Shown piece after piece: positions 1 to 13,022 of a DNA stretch of 64,000 nt (positions within the stretch are counted from its first letter, which is position 1; the number at the start of each line of letters is the position of its first letter). The stretch is from the NCBI GenBank assembly GCA_977016875.1, contig CDRNST010000257.1, forward strand, positions 310,001 to 374,000, in the 5' to 3' direction. This DNA is from Pavona decussata. Taxonomy: Eukaryota. Under the pieces are notes generated by a model that searched no databases, had not been told where the DNA came from, and worked only from the letters and a program-made list of their open reading frames with translations. The translations under genes were made by a program, and so were the position numbers.

Positions 1-397
1 TACAAAAAAGCCGAATTTGAGGTTCTCGTGAAAATGACTTAAACAGCCTCTTACTTCAGGTTCAGGCAAATAATGACATCGAAGGTATCGATTGAAATTA
101 CGCACTGTGCTACAAGCCTGGTCAATGGGGAAGACAATTCAGTGGGTTTTCTTCCCAGATCACAATTATATTTGTCTAACCACTCAATTGAGTTTGACTA
201 ATTAATATGCATAAATTTGCGCCAAAATGGCCATTTTTCAGGTTTTACCCATAACTCTGGTAAAATGAAATATTTTGACTTGATGTTTTAACACATGAAT
301 AAGTTCATGACACTTAATCTTTCTGCTAAGTTTGAGCCAAATCGGTGATTTGAGTATTATCACCTCCTGCCTGGTCCTATCGTGGACACGCACTTAA
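1..397. mobile_element. Possible right-end remnant of a TTAA-specific DNA transposon
   Basis: Subterminal-style sequence ending ...GGACACGCAC-TTAA (TTAA at 394-397). No partner end lies in the window. Confidence 0.25.
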
Positions 398-1481
398 ATG
401 CCTGGAAGCCCTTAGGGAAGAGGGGTCATATTTTAAACCCATTTAGTTATATCAAGGTAACGACTACTCCTACCAGTTCAGCTCACATTCTGAAAATTCG
501 TTAAATAGATGTTTGCCTTTCAAATTTGAAATTAGCTCAGCGCAATCAACAACATTACGACGCCTGACTTAAAATGCATCGCTTTTCAGACAGCTTAAAA
601 GGATTGAGGAGATTCTACAAGGTAAAAACTCGCAAAAATCTTGTAGCTCTTGTTATTTGAGCTCAATAATATTTTCGGAAACAAAAACTTATGTATGACT
701 CACCAAATATTATTGCAGTTGAAATCCTGGAAACTCCAAAGAATAGAAACGTTGGGCTCCCCGGGATAAAGGTACTGATTAATTATAGCAAGCAAAAAGC
801 CATCATGGTGTCGAAACGTGTGGAAATAGGTCACATGTCGCTCATTTGCAAACTTCTCCTCTGGTAATTTTATATCCCCTCCCTCCCTAAGACCTATTTC
901 ATTGTTTGCCTCCTGAGCTCCTGAAGAGACGAGGCATTCAACTTTTTGCTATTACTGTGGTTGTTTAGTGTTTTCAATAGCACAGGTGGGCTCATCATTT
1001 TGGATGTTGAAATTTTCAAGTAATGTTAAATAAGAAGGCTTGGGGCATCATTGTTGCAGCTTACACCAGAGGAAACATTGGAGATCAGGGGAGCCCTCCA
1101 AACAATTAAACTCCATAAAAAAGAAGAACTAAAGGAAAGAGAGAAGAAGGTAGTGGCAATGGAGGCCACAATACAACAAGAAAAGCTAGTTGCCAAAGCA
1201 AAAAAAGTAAAAAAATCCGTAATTTAGGCCAGGCTGGTAGCTGCCCAGCTTAGACTAATGGCTGGTCAGTTGGACCGCTTGGCTGATCAAATTTTGGGAC
1301 AAGTAGAGTCATAGGCATAGAGAGCCACATTATGGATAAGATTTCAAAAAAATCACACTCTGTAATAATTTTCCACAATGAAAGTATTTATTAATAATGA
1401 CAGTTGTAAATCACATGTATTGTTCTCAGTCTTTATTCACTTTCTTCAATTTGTCATCTCCTTCTTCCTTGCCTTATCCTT

Positions 1482-2240
1482 GGGGGAATTGCCATTCAAT
1501 TTCCTAGTGATTTTTCTTTTAAATCTCTAAAATAAAATAAAATAAAATAAAATAAAATAGTTTAAATAACCAGTACTAATAATTATTATTAAAATCATCT
1601 AGGCCTTCAAAATGTCATTTAAACCTTAATAGTAAAACATGGAGGGCCTGTTGATGGGGCATGGACGTAATTGTCCACTTCCCCTCCTTGCTCTTACACA
1701 GCTGACATCAAATCAGAATAATATGAACACACAGATGGGACTTCTAGATTGTTACAAGGTTGCTCGGCGGACCACAAAATCTGCATCATTGACAAGCAGG
1801 GAGCGAAAATGAATACCAGGGCAGGCTGCATTACTGACCAACCAATGCCAAATATGGGAGTTGCCCGTCAATTTCCTAATGAGTTTTCTTTTAAATCTCT
1901 AAATAAAATAAAATAGAACAGTTTAACCAACCAATAATGATTTAAAATATTTAATCCCTAAAAATCTCATTTAAACCATAATAGTATAACATGGAGGCCC
2001 TATTGATATATCATGAACATAATTGCCCACTTCCCCTCCCTGCTCTTGCACAGCTGATATCAAATCAGAATAATATGAATACACAGACAGGAAGACAAAA
2101 TCTGTTTTTTCATAGTGCCAGTGGGGCTTCTAGATTGTTGCAGGGTTATTCAGTGGACCAAATAATCTGCATCATTGATAGGCAAGAAGCGGAAATGAGT
2201 GCTGGAGCAGGCTGCATTATTGACCAACCTATGGCAAATA
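1482..2240 (+). repeat. Diverged ~375-bp tandem duplication, with (TAAAA)n at ~1528-1558
   Basis: Unit 1 (~1482-1855) and unit 2 (~1856-2240) share blocks such as TTTTCTTTTAAATCTCTAAA, CCACTTCCCCTCC, ATCAAATCAGAATAATATGAA and GCAGGCTGCATTA. Confidence 0.85.
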
Positions 2241-2454
2241 TGGTTACGGAGAAAACCATTGGGTAAGGAGGCAATGTTTGTAATATGCTTGTTGACAATG
2301 CTTGTAATATGTAGATACTATTTAGTTTTATTTGTTAAATTGGGCTCCCAGGGATACTATTAAATTTACTTGTTCTTTCTGCAAGCTATAGATGTGGACC
2401 TCACCTCCCTAAAGCCCTCTCCAAACCCCCTCTTTTAATATTAAAGTCTGGTGT

Positions 2455-2595
2455 TGTTGAACTGATGTGTGGTTTTTGAACTGATTGTGTGGTTATTGAA
2501 CCATTGAATTGAACAGAAAAGAAAATCTAATATTAGGGTCTACTGTCACTGAACTGATGTGTGGTTTTTGAACTATTTGTGTGGTTATTGAACTC
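2455..2595 (+). repeat. Short direct repeats of GAACTGATGTGTGGTTTTTGAACT
   Basis: Two ~43-bp copies at ~2459 and ~2551, each internally repetitive. Confidence 0.7.
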
Positions 2596-3176
2596 AATTA
2601 GGAGAGAAAACTCCAAATTGAGGATGTTGGTTGTATATATCTACACGTGGATAAGGTGAAATTTGAAGGGAACAGCTCCCTAGAGTAGCAGCATGTGGTC
2701 TGAAATGGGAAAACAAACTCTACACGCTAAAAATGTAATTTGTGATAATCCTAAATAAGCACAAATTACTATTGCCAGCACTTATCGACGGGGCAGAAGA
2801 TGGGTGCTAGGCGCGGAGAGAGTTATGAGATTGCAGTTTGTAGATTGTGGTTGTTGGGAGGGTGAGGCCTTCTACCGCCAGCCTTTGGCATGTTAGCTTC
2901 TTAGGTTTCATTTTCGTTTAAACTTTTTTAATATTGTCATGTGGAAACAAGGTTTTCCTTTTGTATGAAGTCATATCAGGTTACCCATCAGTGTACATAC
3001 CATGTTTTACATAGGATACCCTGAAACCCCGAGGGAGGAACCATTGCCTCGGGCAAGGGTACACGTCCCCCGTTTTTTTCACCTGCTAGTTTTTAATTAC
3101 ATTTCTTCAAATCCACCTCCTGGGCTTTCCTGTGTCTTATTTGACTTTGTCTGTGAGTTTTTGACTTTGTTAGATA

Positions 3177-4950
3177 ATGGCGAATGCGCTCGAAAATGAT
3201 ACGGATGTAGCGGCGCTTTTTGGGGACTCGGGGGATGAAGAAAGCTTTGATGGGTTTGGGGAGGGAGGATCTAGTAGTGACGATGATTTAGATTTAGATT
3301 TCGGGGGCCTAGACGCTGAAGAAGACGAAGAAGATGCTCCTGATCAAGAAGAAGCCCAAGTTCCACAGCCAAGCCATGACACAGACGACGAAGAAGAAGA
3401 AGCGAGATGGATGGCTCACCTCTCAGATGTTCAAGTTCCTCCGTTCATGGCAGCGTCTGGTCCTAATATAGCCTTAGATAATCCTTCCGAATTAGATGTC
3501 GTTTTGAATTTTTTAGGAGACGATTTGTGGGATAGAGTTGTAGAGGAAAGTAATCGCTACGCGCAGTAAAAGTTAGGCGATCGATTTGCTACTTTTCATC
3601 AAATCACGCACGCGGAATTAAAGGCTTTTATCGGGATAAATTTGATCATGGGGATAAATTGCCGCCCAATTCACGCTGTATTTTAGTCTAACGATGACTT
3701 TTTTGGCAACCAGGGTATCAAAAGGGTAATGACCGAGAACAGGTTTGAGGAAATAAGTCAATATTTGCATTTTAACGATTCAACTAAGGAGCCCGCTCGC
3801 GGTGCTGAAAATTTCGATCGCCTTTACAAAGCGCCGCAAGATTGATAATTTGTCCGTCGCCCCAGAAAATATTGGGAAGCATTTTAGTTTTAAAATTGAA
3901 GGTAGGAAGAAAGTTTGTGTGTATTATAAGAGGGTGGGTAGAAAAACAAGTGGGGGACGTTCAGTAGAGACCACTTTTCAGTATTTACCATGTAGTGTAG
4001 CGCTTTGCAAAACTTGCTTTCATGAATACAACGCGGTTTGAAATTGCATTCTTTATAACCCGAGTCCCCATCTGCGACGCTGTGCTCTATGAACTATCAG
4101 TGAGTTTCAAAAGTATATACGATCATGAATTCATTGCATTTTGGCCTAATCAATATTTGAGATCTTTTCGTGATTAAATAACCTTTGGCAACTAATAGTG
4201 ACACGTTTCACTAGTTTGCAATCAGGCCGCGAATTGTTTTTCAATGATGCGTAGAATATAGTATTTTGAATCTCATTTTGGTTTAGACCGGTCACACGAA
4301 TTTGGCCTTTATTTGGCACGATTTAAGTTTTTATTTAGCGTCACTTGTCACATTTTGGCTGCCGAATTCTTTATCTTGTAAATAAAACTTGTTTGGAGTC
4401 TCTACTTGTTTATTTTCTCGTTCCTTGCGCTGTGTGAGTTTCTGTTTGCGATGCGATGCGTTTGTACTTTGCTTTTCGCGAAGAGTTCTCGTGCGGCTCG
4501 AGTCATTCTCTCCTTCTCTTATCCTTGCCTGCCTTTAAATGGCCTTGAATCTGCAGGAAAACTTCAATAAATACAGTTACAATTCATGTTTGATGTATAC
4601 AACAGTGATTTTACCCATTTTTCGGTTCTTGACATGACCTGTCTTAATAGTTTTATGCGGCCGCTAATTATTCATATTTGGAGCTCGTCGCGCGTAAAAC
4701 AGAAAAAAATTAATTTGATTTGTGCTTTTCTCCCTGTCCTATATGTCCATGCATCAAATGATAAAATTTTTACACTTTCAGGCAGCAAAATTCCTCCTCT
4801 TTCGGATGAGCTTTGCTTTGAAACCTGATCCCGTCTATATTGCTACTGCCCATATGGTTAATTTCAAGTGTTTGGATCACGCAGTCTTTACTCCAAAATT
4901 TCTAGGAAATTAGCATAATGTCACGCGTCACGCTCTGAGGGGGCAATGGG
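3177..4950 (+). mobile_element. Internally deleted piggyBac transposon (PGBD4-like transposase remnant plus right end)
   Basis: Acidic N-terminus, then FLGDDLWDRVVEESNRYAQ, ELKAFIGINLIMGI and RFEEISQYLHFND...DRLYK. At ~3835 it jumps to the C-terminal Cys-rich domain (CSVALCKTCF). The right end is ...CAATGGG-TTAA at 4950. No left TIR was found. Confidence 0.88.
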
Positions 4951-5512
4951 TTAAAATAAATTTTCTCTGCATTACAGTGATATGGAAGGTGGTGTTGATT
5001 TTGAACGAGGCCCAATTGAGCACCCTTGACTGAGTTCAGTGGGCTGTTTGTAAATATACGTTTTGTTAACGGTAAGGTTGTACATTTTAATACGTAAGAG
5101 TTCAAATCAGTTCCTGTGCAGCATTCCTGCTCAATTGTTTTTATACAAACCAGGAAATGGCTGGAATGAACTTGACAGGGGACAATGGGAAACCATGTCC
5201 CGACAAGGATATTGCTGACAGCATACTTGGTGAGTTAATGATTACACTACAATCATGACAACACTAACAAATCACCAATAACAACTTACTTGAAAAGATC
5301 CCTGTAAAGAGGGAGTAAATCGTAATTTTATCTTGAGATCTGAATTGTTCCTAACAAGTTCCACTTTGGCACAGAGACTGATCATCAGATAAGGAACTTA
5401 GTTTTAAGTTTATTTTGTGAGAAGGTTTGAACACTCATTAATTTATTGCGTATCCTAGGAACTCAAGCAACCAGCACAAAAGAGGAGGAAACAATGCTAA
5501 ATTGATTCCTTT

Positions 5513-5514
<2 letters not shown>

Positions 5515-5556
<42 letters not shown>
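5515..5556 (+). repeat. (ATT)n microsatellite
   Basis: About 14 perfect ATT units. Confidence 0.97.
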
Positions 5557-5559
<3 letters not shown>

Positions 5560-6450
5560 CTTTGCCACACAAAGAAATTATGAGAATTAAAGAAAAGAGA
5601 AAAGGAAGAAGAAAAAACTGATTGACTTGTCTCAGTGTTAAGCAAAAAGTGATGGGATAATTCTTAGTGTTCTAGTAAGTCTTTCACTTACCAAACAAAC
5701 ACAGAACTAACCTTCTTCCATGAACATGTGGTATCTGTCCCAAAGTGAAACATTAGATACACCTTTTCGGCGCTAAGGTTTCGCATGTAGTGTCACGTGA
5801 CTTTTGACGTAAGCAAACAACTGACGAACTACGCGTTACTTGTTGAAGTTCGCGTCTTTTACTCAAATAACTATTTTCCAGGGCTAAAGCTTTTGAAACT
5901 GGAATAGTTCCAATTCGTTCAGTTTCAGTTTCAGGAGGTATGCTTTTAGCAGTTGTTTTCACCCCCTTGCTTTATGGTCTCAACAGTATGATGTTCTTAG
6001 AACCGACATGTACCTCCACTGTTTAGTGGCTTATCTCGCATCCAACAGATATTTAATATTAAGACATTAAGCGGCTGTCTTGCGAGTCTCAAAGGCCTCT
6101 TTGTGCATGGTTTCAAGAGTACCAACAGACATTTTGAATGAAATTTTTGTGTACACTGAATGAAACCGTCTCCTGACTAAAACTGTACATCATGCTTGGC
6201 AGATCATAATTGTAAAGTGCCATGGGTATAGATCCTGGACAGGTATGTACCATGTGAGCTGTTCACAGGTTGGTACTTAGAATTTCGTATCAATGATAAA
6301 ATTAATATTGTTGTTAGTATTGACTGCAAATACAATACAATCAAGCATGCCAAGGGGGCAAAAATGCCAGAAACTGTAAAAGAGAATAAGTGCAACAGTA
6401 CTGGTCCAGTTGTGTTCAAAACGTACATTATACCAAATGTGTATTAATTA

Positions 6451-6790
6451 TTCAAGTTTGTATACAGAAAGTATATACTTTTTTCTTTTCAAATGATAAT
6501 ATAGTGTTTGGTATACTTTTTGTATACCGTACGGTCTGTTTGTTCAAGTTTGTATACGAAAAGTATACTTTTTTCTTTTGAAGTGATAATTCAGTGTTTT
6601 GTATACTTTTTGTATACTTCATCCTATATACTTTTTGTATACCTTCAGATCTGTTTATTTTGCCAATAATGTGCCTACTTTGAGTATACAAAAAGTATAC
6701 TTCAAGAAGTAGGCAGATCATGATGAAAAATAAACAAAAAGTATACTACTGGAGTATACTTTTTGTATAAAGTAAGGTATACAAAATGTA
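6451..6790. repeat. GTATAC-rich repeat with a ~92-bp tandem unit
   Basis: TTCAAGTTTGTATAC...GTATACTTTTTGTATAC repeats at 6451 and 6543. Many palindromic GTATAC words occur. Confidence 0.75.
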
Positions 6791-7492
6791 TGCATGTAAG
6801 GGTTATCATGGTGGCTATTTATGAAGATGTCCACCGCATATTGTTGTGTCAGCACCATGTGTCCCTTTACTTTTGTTTATCAGCCATAACACAATGACAC
6901 CGGTGTAATTAGAACATTATCCTGGCGGCTATCTTTACATAGTGTGCTCAACACACTCAGACTAAACATAGGAACGAATGTGTCCTCTCTATTGTCATGG
7001 AATGATATAACCATGCTTTTACTTTATTCTGTTATTCGTATGACAAAATTTACATAAATTTTTTTTGTCTAATTTTTGTATGAGCCAGCTGGTTTTAACA
7101 CCGAACATGGCACCACCTTACGTTTTAGAACGTTTTCAACCTTTATTTTAAAATTAACGCCAAAGTATGCCTGCCAAGAAATGCCCTTCTGCTGCCACCC
7201 ACTCTTCTTCAAGACCAATATATTTACAGGCCGAATATTGTGGCTCATGCACCAGCTTCAGTTTTGGCCCAGGCTGTTAAAGTCCCAGCGACAAATGTCC
7301 CAGTTAAGTCCCAAACGTCATCTTCAGCACAAGTTCCTGTGAGTACCAACCAGGTCGCCAGTGGTCCCTTGGATGTTTCCTCTCCCGTAACCACCATTAG
7401 TTCCTCGGTAATTCAAAGTTTAAAGGCCACTGGTTTCTCTGCTCTCTCCAGTTCTTCCCCAAATCCAGAGAGGCCATACAGGCCATACAGGT

Positions 7493-8425
7493 GTGATAAT
7501 GATTACGTCTTCAAATAGTTCTTATGAACCTTCTACATCCAGTCAGTCTGGCATGTTCTCTAGCATAGCTGTAAGCCTGGGATCACACATCCAAGACAAA
7601 ATTAAGCACAAGATATGGGCTGATCAGTGTATTGATTTGAGTGTTTTAGTTAGCCCTACAACCCTTTACACTACAAAGTATTCAGTGTCCGTGTGCAGCA
7701 ACCTCAACAATGGCCTAGGTAAACTTTCTTTAGAACCAGTCCATAAACCTAAGCGAATCGAGTCCATAGGTCAATGGTTGAGTGCATTCAACATGTTTGT
7801 CAGTTTATACAGTTTTCTTTGCATTGTCGGGTCCTGCATTGACGAAATGTTGAGAGAAGTCAGAGGCCTAGCTTACAAACAAGGACACTGACTCTGCTAT
7901 AATGAGCAGTTTCAGTTCCTTCGCCAATTGAAGCCCAAATTATTTCCTTGGGATCAAGTTCATTGGGTACTTTGGTTCCAATCTCTGCCTATCTCGCAGT
8001 CGCTGGCATGCACAATATCCAAAAGGGCTTGAACTGGTTTATCGTCACTCTTTCCAAAGGGTGTTTGCTGGAAATTTAACAGTAGAGAAATTTGAGGTGT
8101 GTGCAAATTTAAACATTGCTGCCAGAAATGTTTCGGTACCCACCCAGGGTCAGAATGCCGGGCAGCAACTTCTCGGCCCAAAGAACAGTGCCCTGCCATC
8201 GGAAAAGGAGATAAACCAGTTACCAATAAATCAACTCCCTTGCAACCCACAGCCAGTTACCCCAGTAAGGGTTAACTGCCTTACAAACTATTTAGTGATG
8301 GTACCTTAGCAATACTTGATAAACAGATTTACGACTCATTTAGATTCTCCCAACCTCAAATCCGCCAATGATAATCCAGACGCTGTCGACGCTAAATTTT
8401 ACAAAGAAATAAAAGCCAGCCGTTT
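7493..8425 (+). mobile_element. DIRS-type retrotransposon fragment (gag-like ORF1 and start of RT ORF)
   Basis: SLGSHIQDKIKHKIWADQCIDLSVL, SIGQWLSAFNMF and FPWDQVHW are followed by PVTPV and NLKSANDNPDAVDAKFYKEI, which are typical DIRS motifs. Frameshifts and stops are present. Confidence 0.8.
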
Positions 8426-8429
8426 AGAA

Positions 8430-8935
8430 CAACATGATGCTAGGCCTCCAGTATTCTGGTTACGATCAGAAGTTCAGAGCGGAAGTAGTGCGATCAGCCA
8501 TGAAAGCCCACAACCGTCTGGTGGGGCTAGATGCAAGCGGTAAACAACCATTGTACAGGCCAAGAGAATGGAGACAGTTAGAACAGGCTCAAAAGAGACA
8601 AAGGAAACAGGAATCTTGGTACAGGACGGGTGGATTCAGTGCCAGCAACACCAGAATCTCAGATGAAAGATCGGTACGTGAGAGAGATAGAAGATGCAGG
8701 CTTTAAAATCAAGGTTCTAGAGCAATCAGGTATAACCCTCAAGTGAATGTTACGGAGGTCAGACCCATTCAATGAAAAGAACTGTCGCAACATCAACTGT
8801 CTTGTCTGCAGCACTGGAGAAAAAGGATCTTGTAGCAGTACCGGTGTTACTTATGAGCTGGTATGTCAGGCTTGCCACCATAAATACATCGGGGAAACAT
8901 CTAGAAGTGCTTACACTCGAGGTAAGGAACATTTT
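8430..8935 (+). mobile_element. Penelope-like element fragment (RT thumb plus GIY-YIG endonuclease, Neptune-like)
   Basis: LQYSGY...PLYRPREW; then CRNINCLVC...GSCSSTGVTYELVCQACHHKYIGETSRSAYTRGKEH. Confidence 0.85.
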
Positions 8936-10828
8936 ACAAAACGTTTTTCAGACAAAAGACATCGACAAATGCTGGAATCTCTACATTTGCAGCTCAACCA
9001 TGGGAGCTCAACATTTTCCACAGTGCATGGTTGTTTTCTAGCATAGCTCACCTAAGCCAGTGGTCGACACGGCTTCAAAAGCTATAAAATTATCTTAGGA
9101 TGACTATGATACATTTGTTTGGTACCTTCCGAACTTGCAAACGATATAAAACACTCTGATGGCTGCGAGATTAATTAGAAGATTGCAGCCTTAGCTTTGT
9201 ATGGTATTGTACTCCTAGACAGGTAAGGACTTAACAGGTAAGCTTGAGTTTTAATATTTTTCGTATTTTCAATCTGAATTACCTTGCAACTAGTCAAATC
9301 CAGTTGCCTGAAAGCTGGCTGGTGTTCTTACATGTAATGTACATGATGAAAGACTTGAACATCATTGCTTCAGTGCTGTTAGCTTTTCAGTTGTCAGCAT
9401 TCTTAACTGCTTTTTGACCTTATTGAGGTTACCTTATTTAACCCAAAGAAATGATGGAGTCAGCATATACAACACGATTTTAAAAAGGCTTTCTTTTCAC
9501 TAAGGAAATATGTGAGCTTGATTAATTTGTTTAACACTTGTATTCTCTGATCATGGTTGTCTTGAACTGAGTAGCGTTGAATTCCTCTGCATTTTGGCAG
9601 GAATTTACATGGTTGACACGTCAAACGTGAAGCTTGGTACTTCATCTTTGGAACCGGTAGTGGCCCTTTTCAAGTCTTCATTCATTAAGGTAACCTTAAA
9701 GTCACAAATTTCACCCCTAATTAAGATATTTGTGGAAAAAAAACACTAGCAAGAAAGAACGTACTTAAAGTCTAAAAATGCTAAAATTCCGCGAGCTTAG
9801 CTATAGTGAAGCTTGGTCTTGCATTCCTACCCAGGATAAAATTTGAAGGTGATTATTGCAATCATATTCAAGTTTTGAAGGATAAAAATTCAAATTGTGA
9901 CTGCACTGAGGAGCCAAATGTTTCACTGGATAAATGCCAGGCTTCATGCCTAAAATCATTCCAAAAAGAAAAAGAAAAAATTTTCTCCATTACCTCAGGA
10001 ATCAAACCCGGGACCCTTTGGATCTAAGTCAGCGAGCTAGGCCACTTGTATTTATAAGTTGTTGAGGGTTTTGAATTATCTGGCACCTATGGCGCCACGA
10101 TTTTAACGGTCAAATTTTTTTCAACCGAAAAAGAATACGTGAATGAGCAGGGAACACCATCAGACGTTTCTCCATCATATTCTCTGCTTCCATTTACCGC
10201 GAAATCCCTGATGACTTGGACGACAATCTCGGCGTTGAGCGGCTTTCAATCATCAGAATAAAAAGTTGTCCCTTAGTTTCACTGTAGTTTTGGTCAATGG
10301 AAGGAGTTTCAGACAACACACCCACACGCGTTTTCTTTTAAGAATAAGTTATTCATTGAGTTGATTTTACGTCCTTGTTTTTTTGTCCAATAATGGCAGC
10401 TGATGGTGAATACATGAACTATACGTAGACTTATGAATAATTTATGATTTGGACTACCAATTAAATTAATATAAAGTTTACAGCTGATAGAGCGAGCAAG
10501 TGAAATTCAGCCCGCATTACGATAACTTGTTCATTGTGTATGCGCGCATTCACGCGTTAAAAATGAGATGTCCAAGATCAACAGAATCAACAGTCATTGG
10601 AGCAATGAGAATAAGAATTGTCAGAGGCATTGAGTTCATAATCCAAGTTACTTTCATTTACAACAGAATCAATAATTTGTGTTTAAGCCCAGAAACAAAG
10701 AAACCACTCTACTTTTAATCATATCCCATGGCAATCATTGTTTTTCAAGTAATGCCCTGCACAAATTAATTTACAACTTAATCGTAAGGGTAATTTTGTT
10801 TATTTTTTGTAATACTCTATTCTTTTAG

Positions 10829-10930
10829 ACTTAAATGAAATCAAAATTCTCGAATACAATTACAAGCACTAGTAAGAGGGATGCATGGGAAGAAATCACT
10901 GTGCGAGTGAATGCTGTTAATTTAGGGACA
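10829..10930 (+). pseudogene. Myb/SANT-like DNA-binding domain exon fragment (Harbinger accessory type)
   Basis: KSKFSNTITSTSKRDAWEEITVRVNAV follows a TTTTAG acceptor. Confidence 0.55.
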
Positions 10931-11137
10931 GTGAGATTTTCACCTCGGCATATTTTTAAGCCAGCTTGTTATTCAGTGCCATCAGCGCACGTAGACGGCC
11001 AAAACCCCAAGACAAAACCTGGACTCTTCAGACTATTTCATCTTCTTCCGTAGGTTCAGTGGCAACAATTTACACAGTGTACGTTGACAGGAAATCGATT
11101 TTTAAAATTTTTGAAATATACCTGGCGGGCATGAGAT

Positions 11138-11367
11138 AATAGAGAGATTAAGAGTCACGTTAAGATTCACAAACGTAAAACATGAGATTCACATTTATTT
11201 TTCTTGAAATAAAGAGTACAAAAATGAGAATAGTGCAAACTTATTCTGGCCTTTGATGCTAACGCAAAACTACTCAATTTTGACAGAAAAACTGAAAACA
11301 GCAAGCGGCAAATTAAGATAAACATGGTCACATCTCACGTTTGCCGTTTGTCGTAAACCTCTCTATT
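11138..11367. mobile_element. MITE (~230 bp)
   Basis: Terminal inverted repeat AATAGAGAG...CTCTCTATT; no coding capacity. Confidence 0.55.
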
Positions 11368-12120
11368 TAGAGAAGTGTAGCGCCGTGTTGGCTTTAATCC
11401 CAAAGAACGCGAGTGGAAATAAAGAAATATTGCTAGATCTTGCTGATTTTGCTTTGGAACAACAACCAGATAAGACAAATTATTAGCCGTTTTGTTTTCC
11501 TTTCAGTCGACAGCTATTTATCGGCTAGTGAAATTACTCTCCCACTGAACATCGGTAACCACCTTTTTTATCGTAATTGTTCTTGTTTTATTTTATTTGT
11601 GGTAAACTAAAAGCCGTTACCCTTCTCAGAAATTCACATTAAGTTATGAAGAAAGACTAAACTGAAGGGTCGCCTCAAACTTTCCTAACGCTAAAAAACT
11701 GTGAATCCCTCCTGCTGTCGTAGGGGCAAAAAGGACAAGCGATCAATTTCATAAAGCGGCAAACAGAAACTCGGATATTCGAGGAATTGACTGTTTTCAT
11801 TAGCTCGGCAATCATCATATTACCATAATTTGTAAAAGGACTACCACCTTCCAATATGCAGTCACGGAAGCTGGCCAGACATAACGCAGGCCCAAAATTT
11901 CTCAATTGGAGCCATTCGGACACTGTACTTTTATAAACTAAAAAGGCTAAAAAATAACATGTGACAACCTTCAATTTTCTCTCATCTAAAAACCTAGAAC
12001 TCAATGCCTCAATAAAATGCCGGCATGATTATTCCTTTTTCCCTTCTCATAATTATTGCGTTTTTTGCATGCCTTGAAGTCACTTCAGATTAGGCCCACA
12101 TATTCTATTGCTTCTTTTAG

Positions 12121-13022
12121 GAAGATAAATCATCCAATCGCAGCTCTTGTACCCACGGAATTTGTTTTGTCAACTCCACCTTTTTACTTGCAACAAACGT
12201 TTTTGTGTGAAGTGTTGTTGTTATTGTCAACATGGCTTTTGAAAACGTCCGACGAGTCATGTTAAAACACAAACGCAGGGCAAAATGTCCCTCTTATTAG
12301 ATGAGTTTCTTAAAAAAATGGGTCGAAGAAGATGTTGATCAGTTTGTGGCCACCTTACCTCTCTTTGAAGCTTATGCAAGTGCAGTTAGAGTTTGGACCA
12401 ATGGAGATAGCATCAACAGGCAGACCAAATTTTTAATGAAGAAAAGTGGCTTCAACAAGGTAAGTATATATGCTGACAACAGTGTTTGTATTACAGTAGT
12501 TATGCCACTACAAACACGCATTGTATCTTGCAATAAACGAAATCTTTCTTCAAAAATTTGCTGAAACAACAAAACAGCCACTATTCCTACATTTCTTACT
12601 TTGTCTACAGCAATTGAAGAAACACATCTTGCAGCACAGCCAAACACATAAATGGAGCATGCAGCCAGACATCCAAAGCGGCCACAGGGGCTACAGTGGA
12701 ATACGACTGAAACGTCCTCGCAGTTGCCCATTAGGGTATGAGTTTGGTGGGCAACTAATGATGCAGTCAGTTGCAAACTACATGGAAATGTACTTTCCGC
12801 CAGTTCCTCAGATAGAGGCGAGTATTCACACCTCTCAGGGGCGATTAAGTTGTTGCTCCCGCATTTGTTGTATAGTCACTAGCCCTAATGTATTACAATA
12901 AAAATATATCCATCCTTGCATTTCGCAGATTCATAGGGTCCCAAGTAACCCCAGAGGGGCGGGGGTCTGTCCCTTTCCCAGTCGCGACATTTCAAGGGGT
13001 GAAGTTGTTGTCGAATACAAAG
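12121..13022 (+). pseudogene. Spliced gene fragment leading into a SET-domain-like N-terminal motif (copy 1)
   Basis: Exons 12121-12459, 12611-12817 and 12929-~13022 have AG acceptors and GTAAGT / GCGAGT donors, with phase-0 joins. The product ends ...PQIE|IHRVPSNPRGAGVCPFPSRDISRGEVVVEYKG. The first exon contains stops and small indels. Confidence 0.65.

Noticed and set aside
1000-1320. Coiled-coil-like degenerate reading frame
   Set aside because: Short, contains stops, and has no recognisable motif.
2455-6790. Short direct repeats (2455-2595, 6451-6790) as CRISPR-like arrays
   Set aside because: Only 2-3 degenerate units, no regular unique spacers, no cas genes, and a eukaryotic context.
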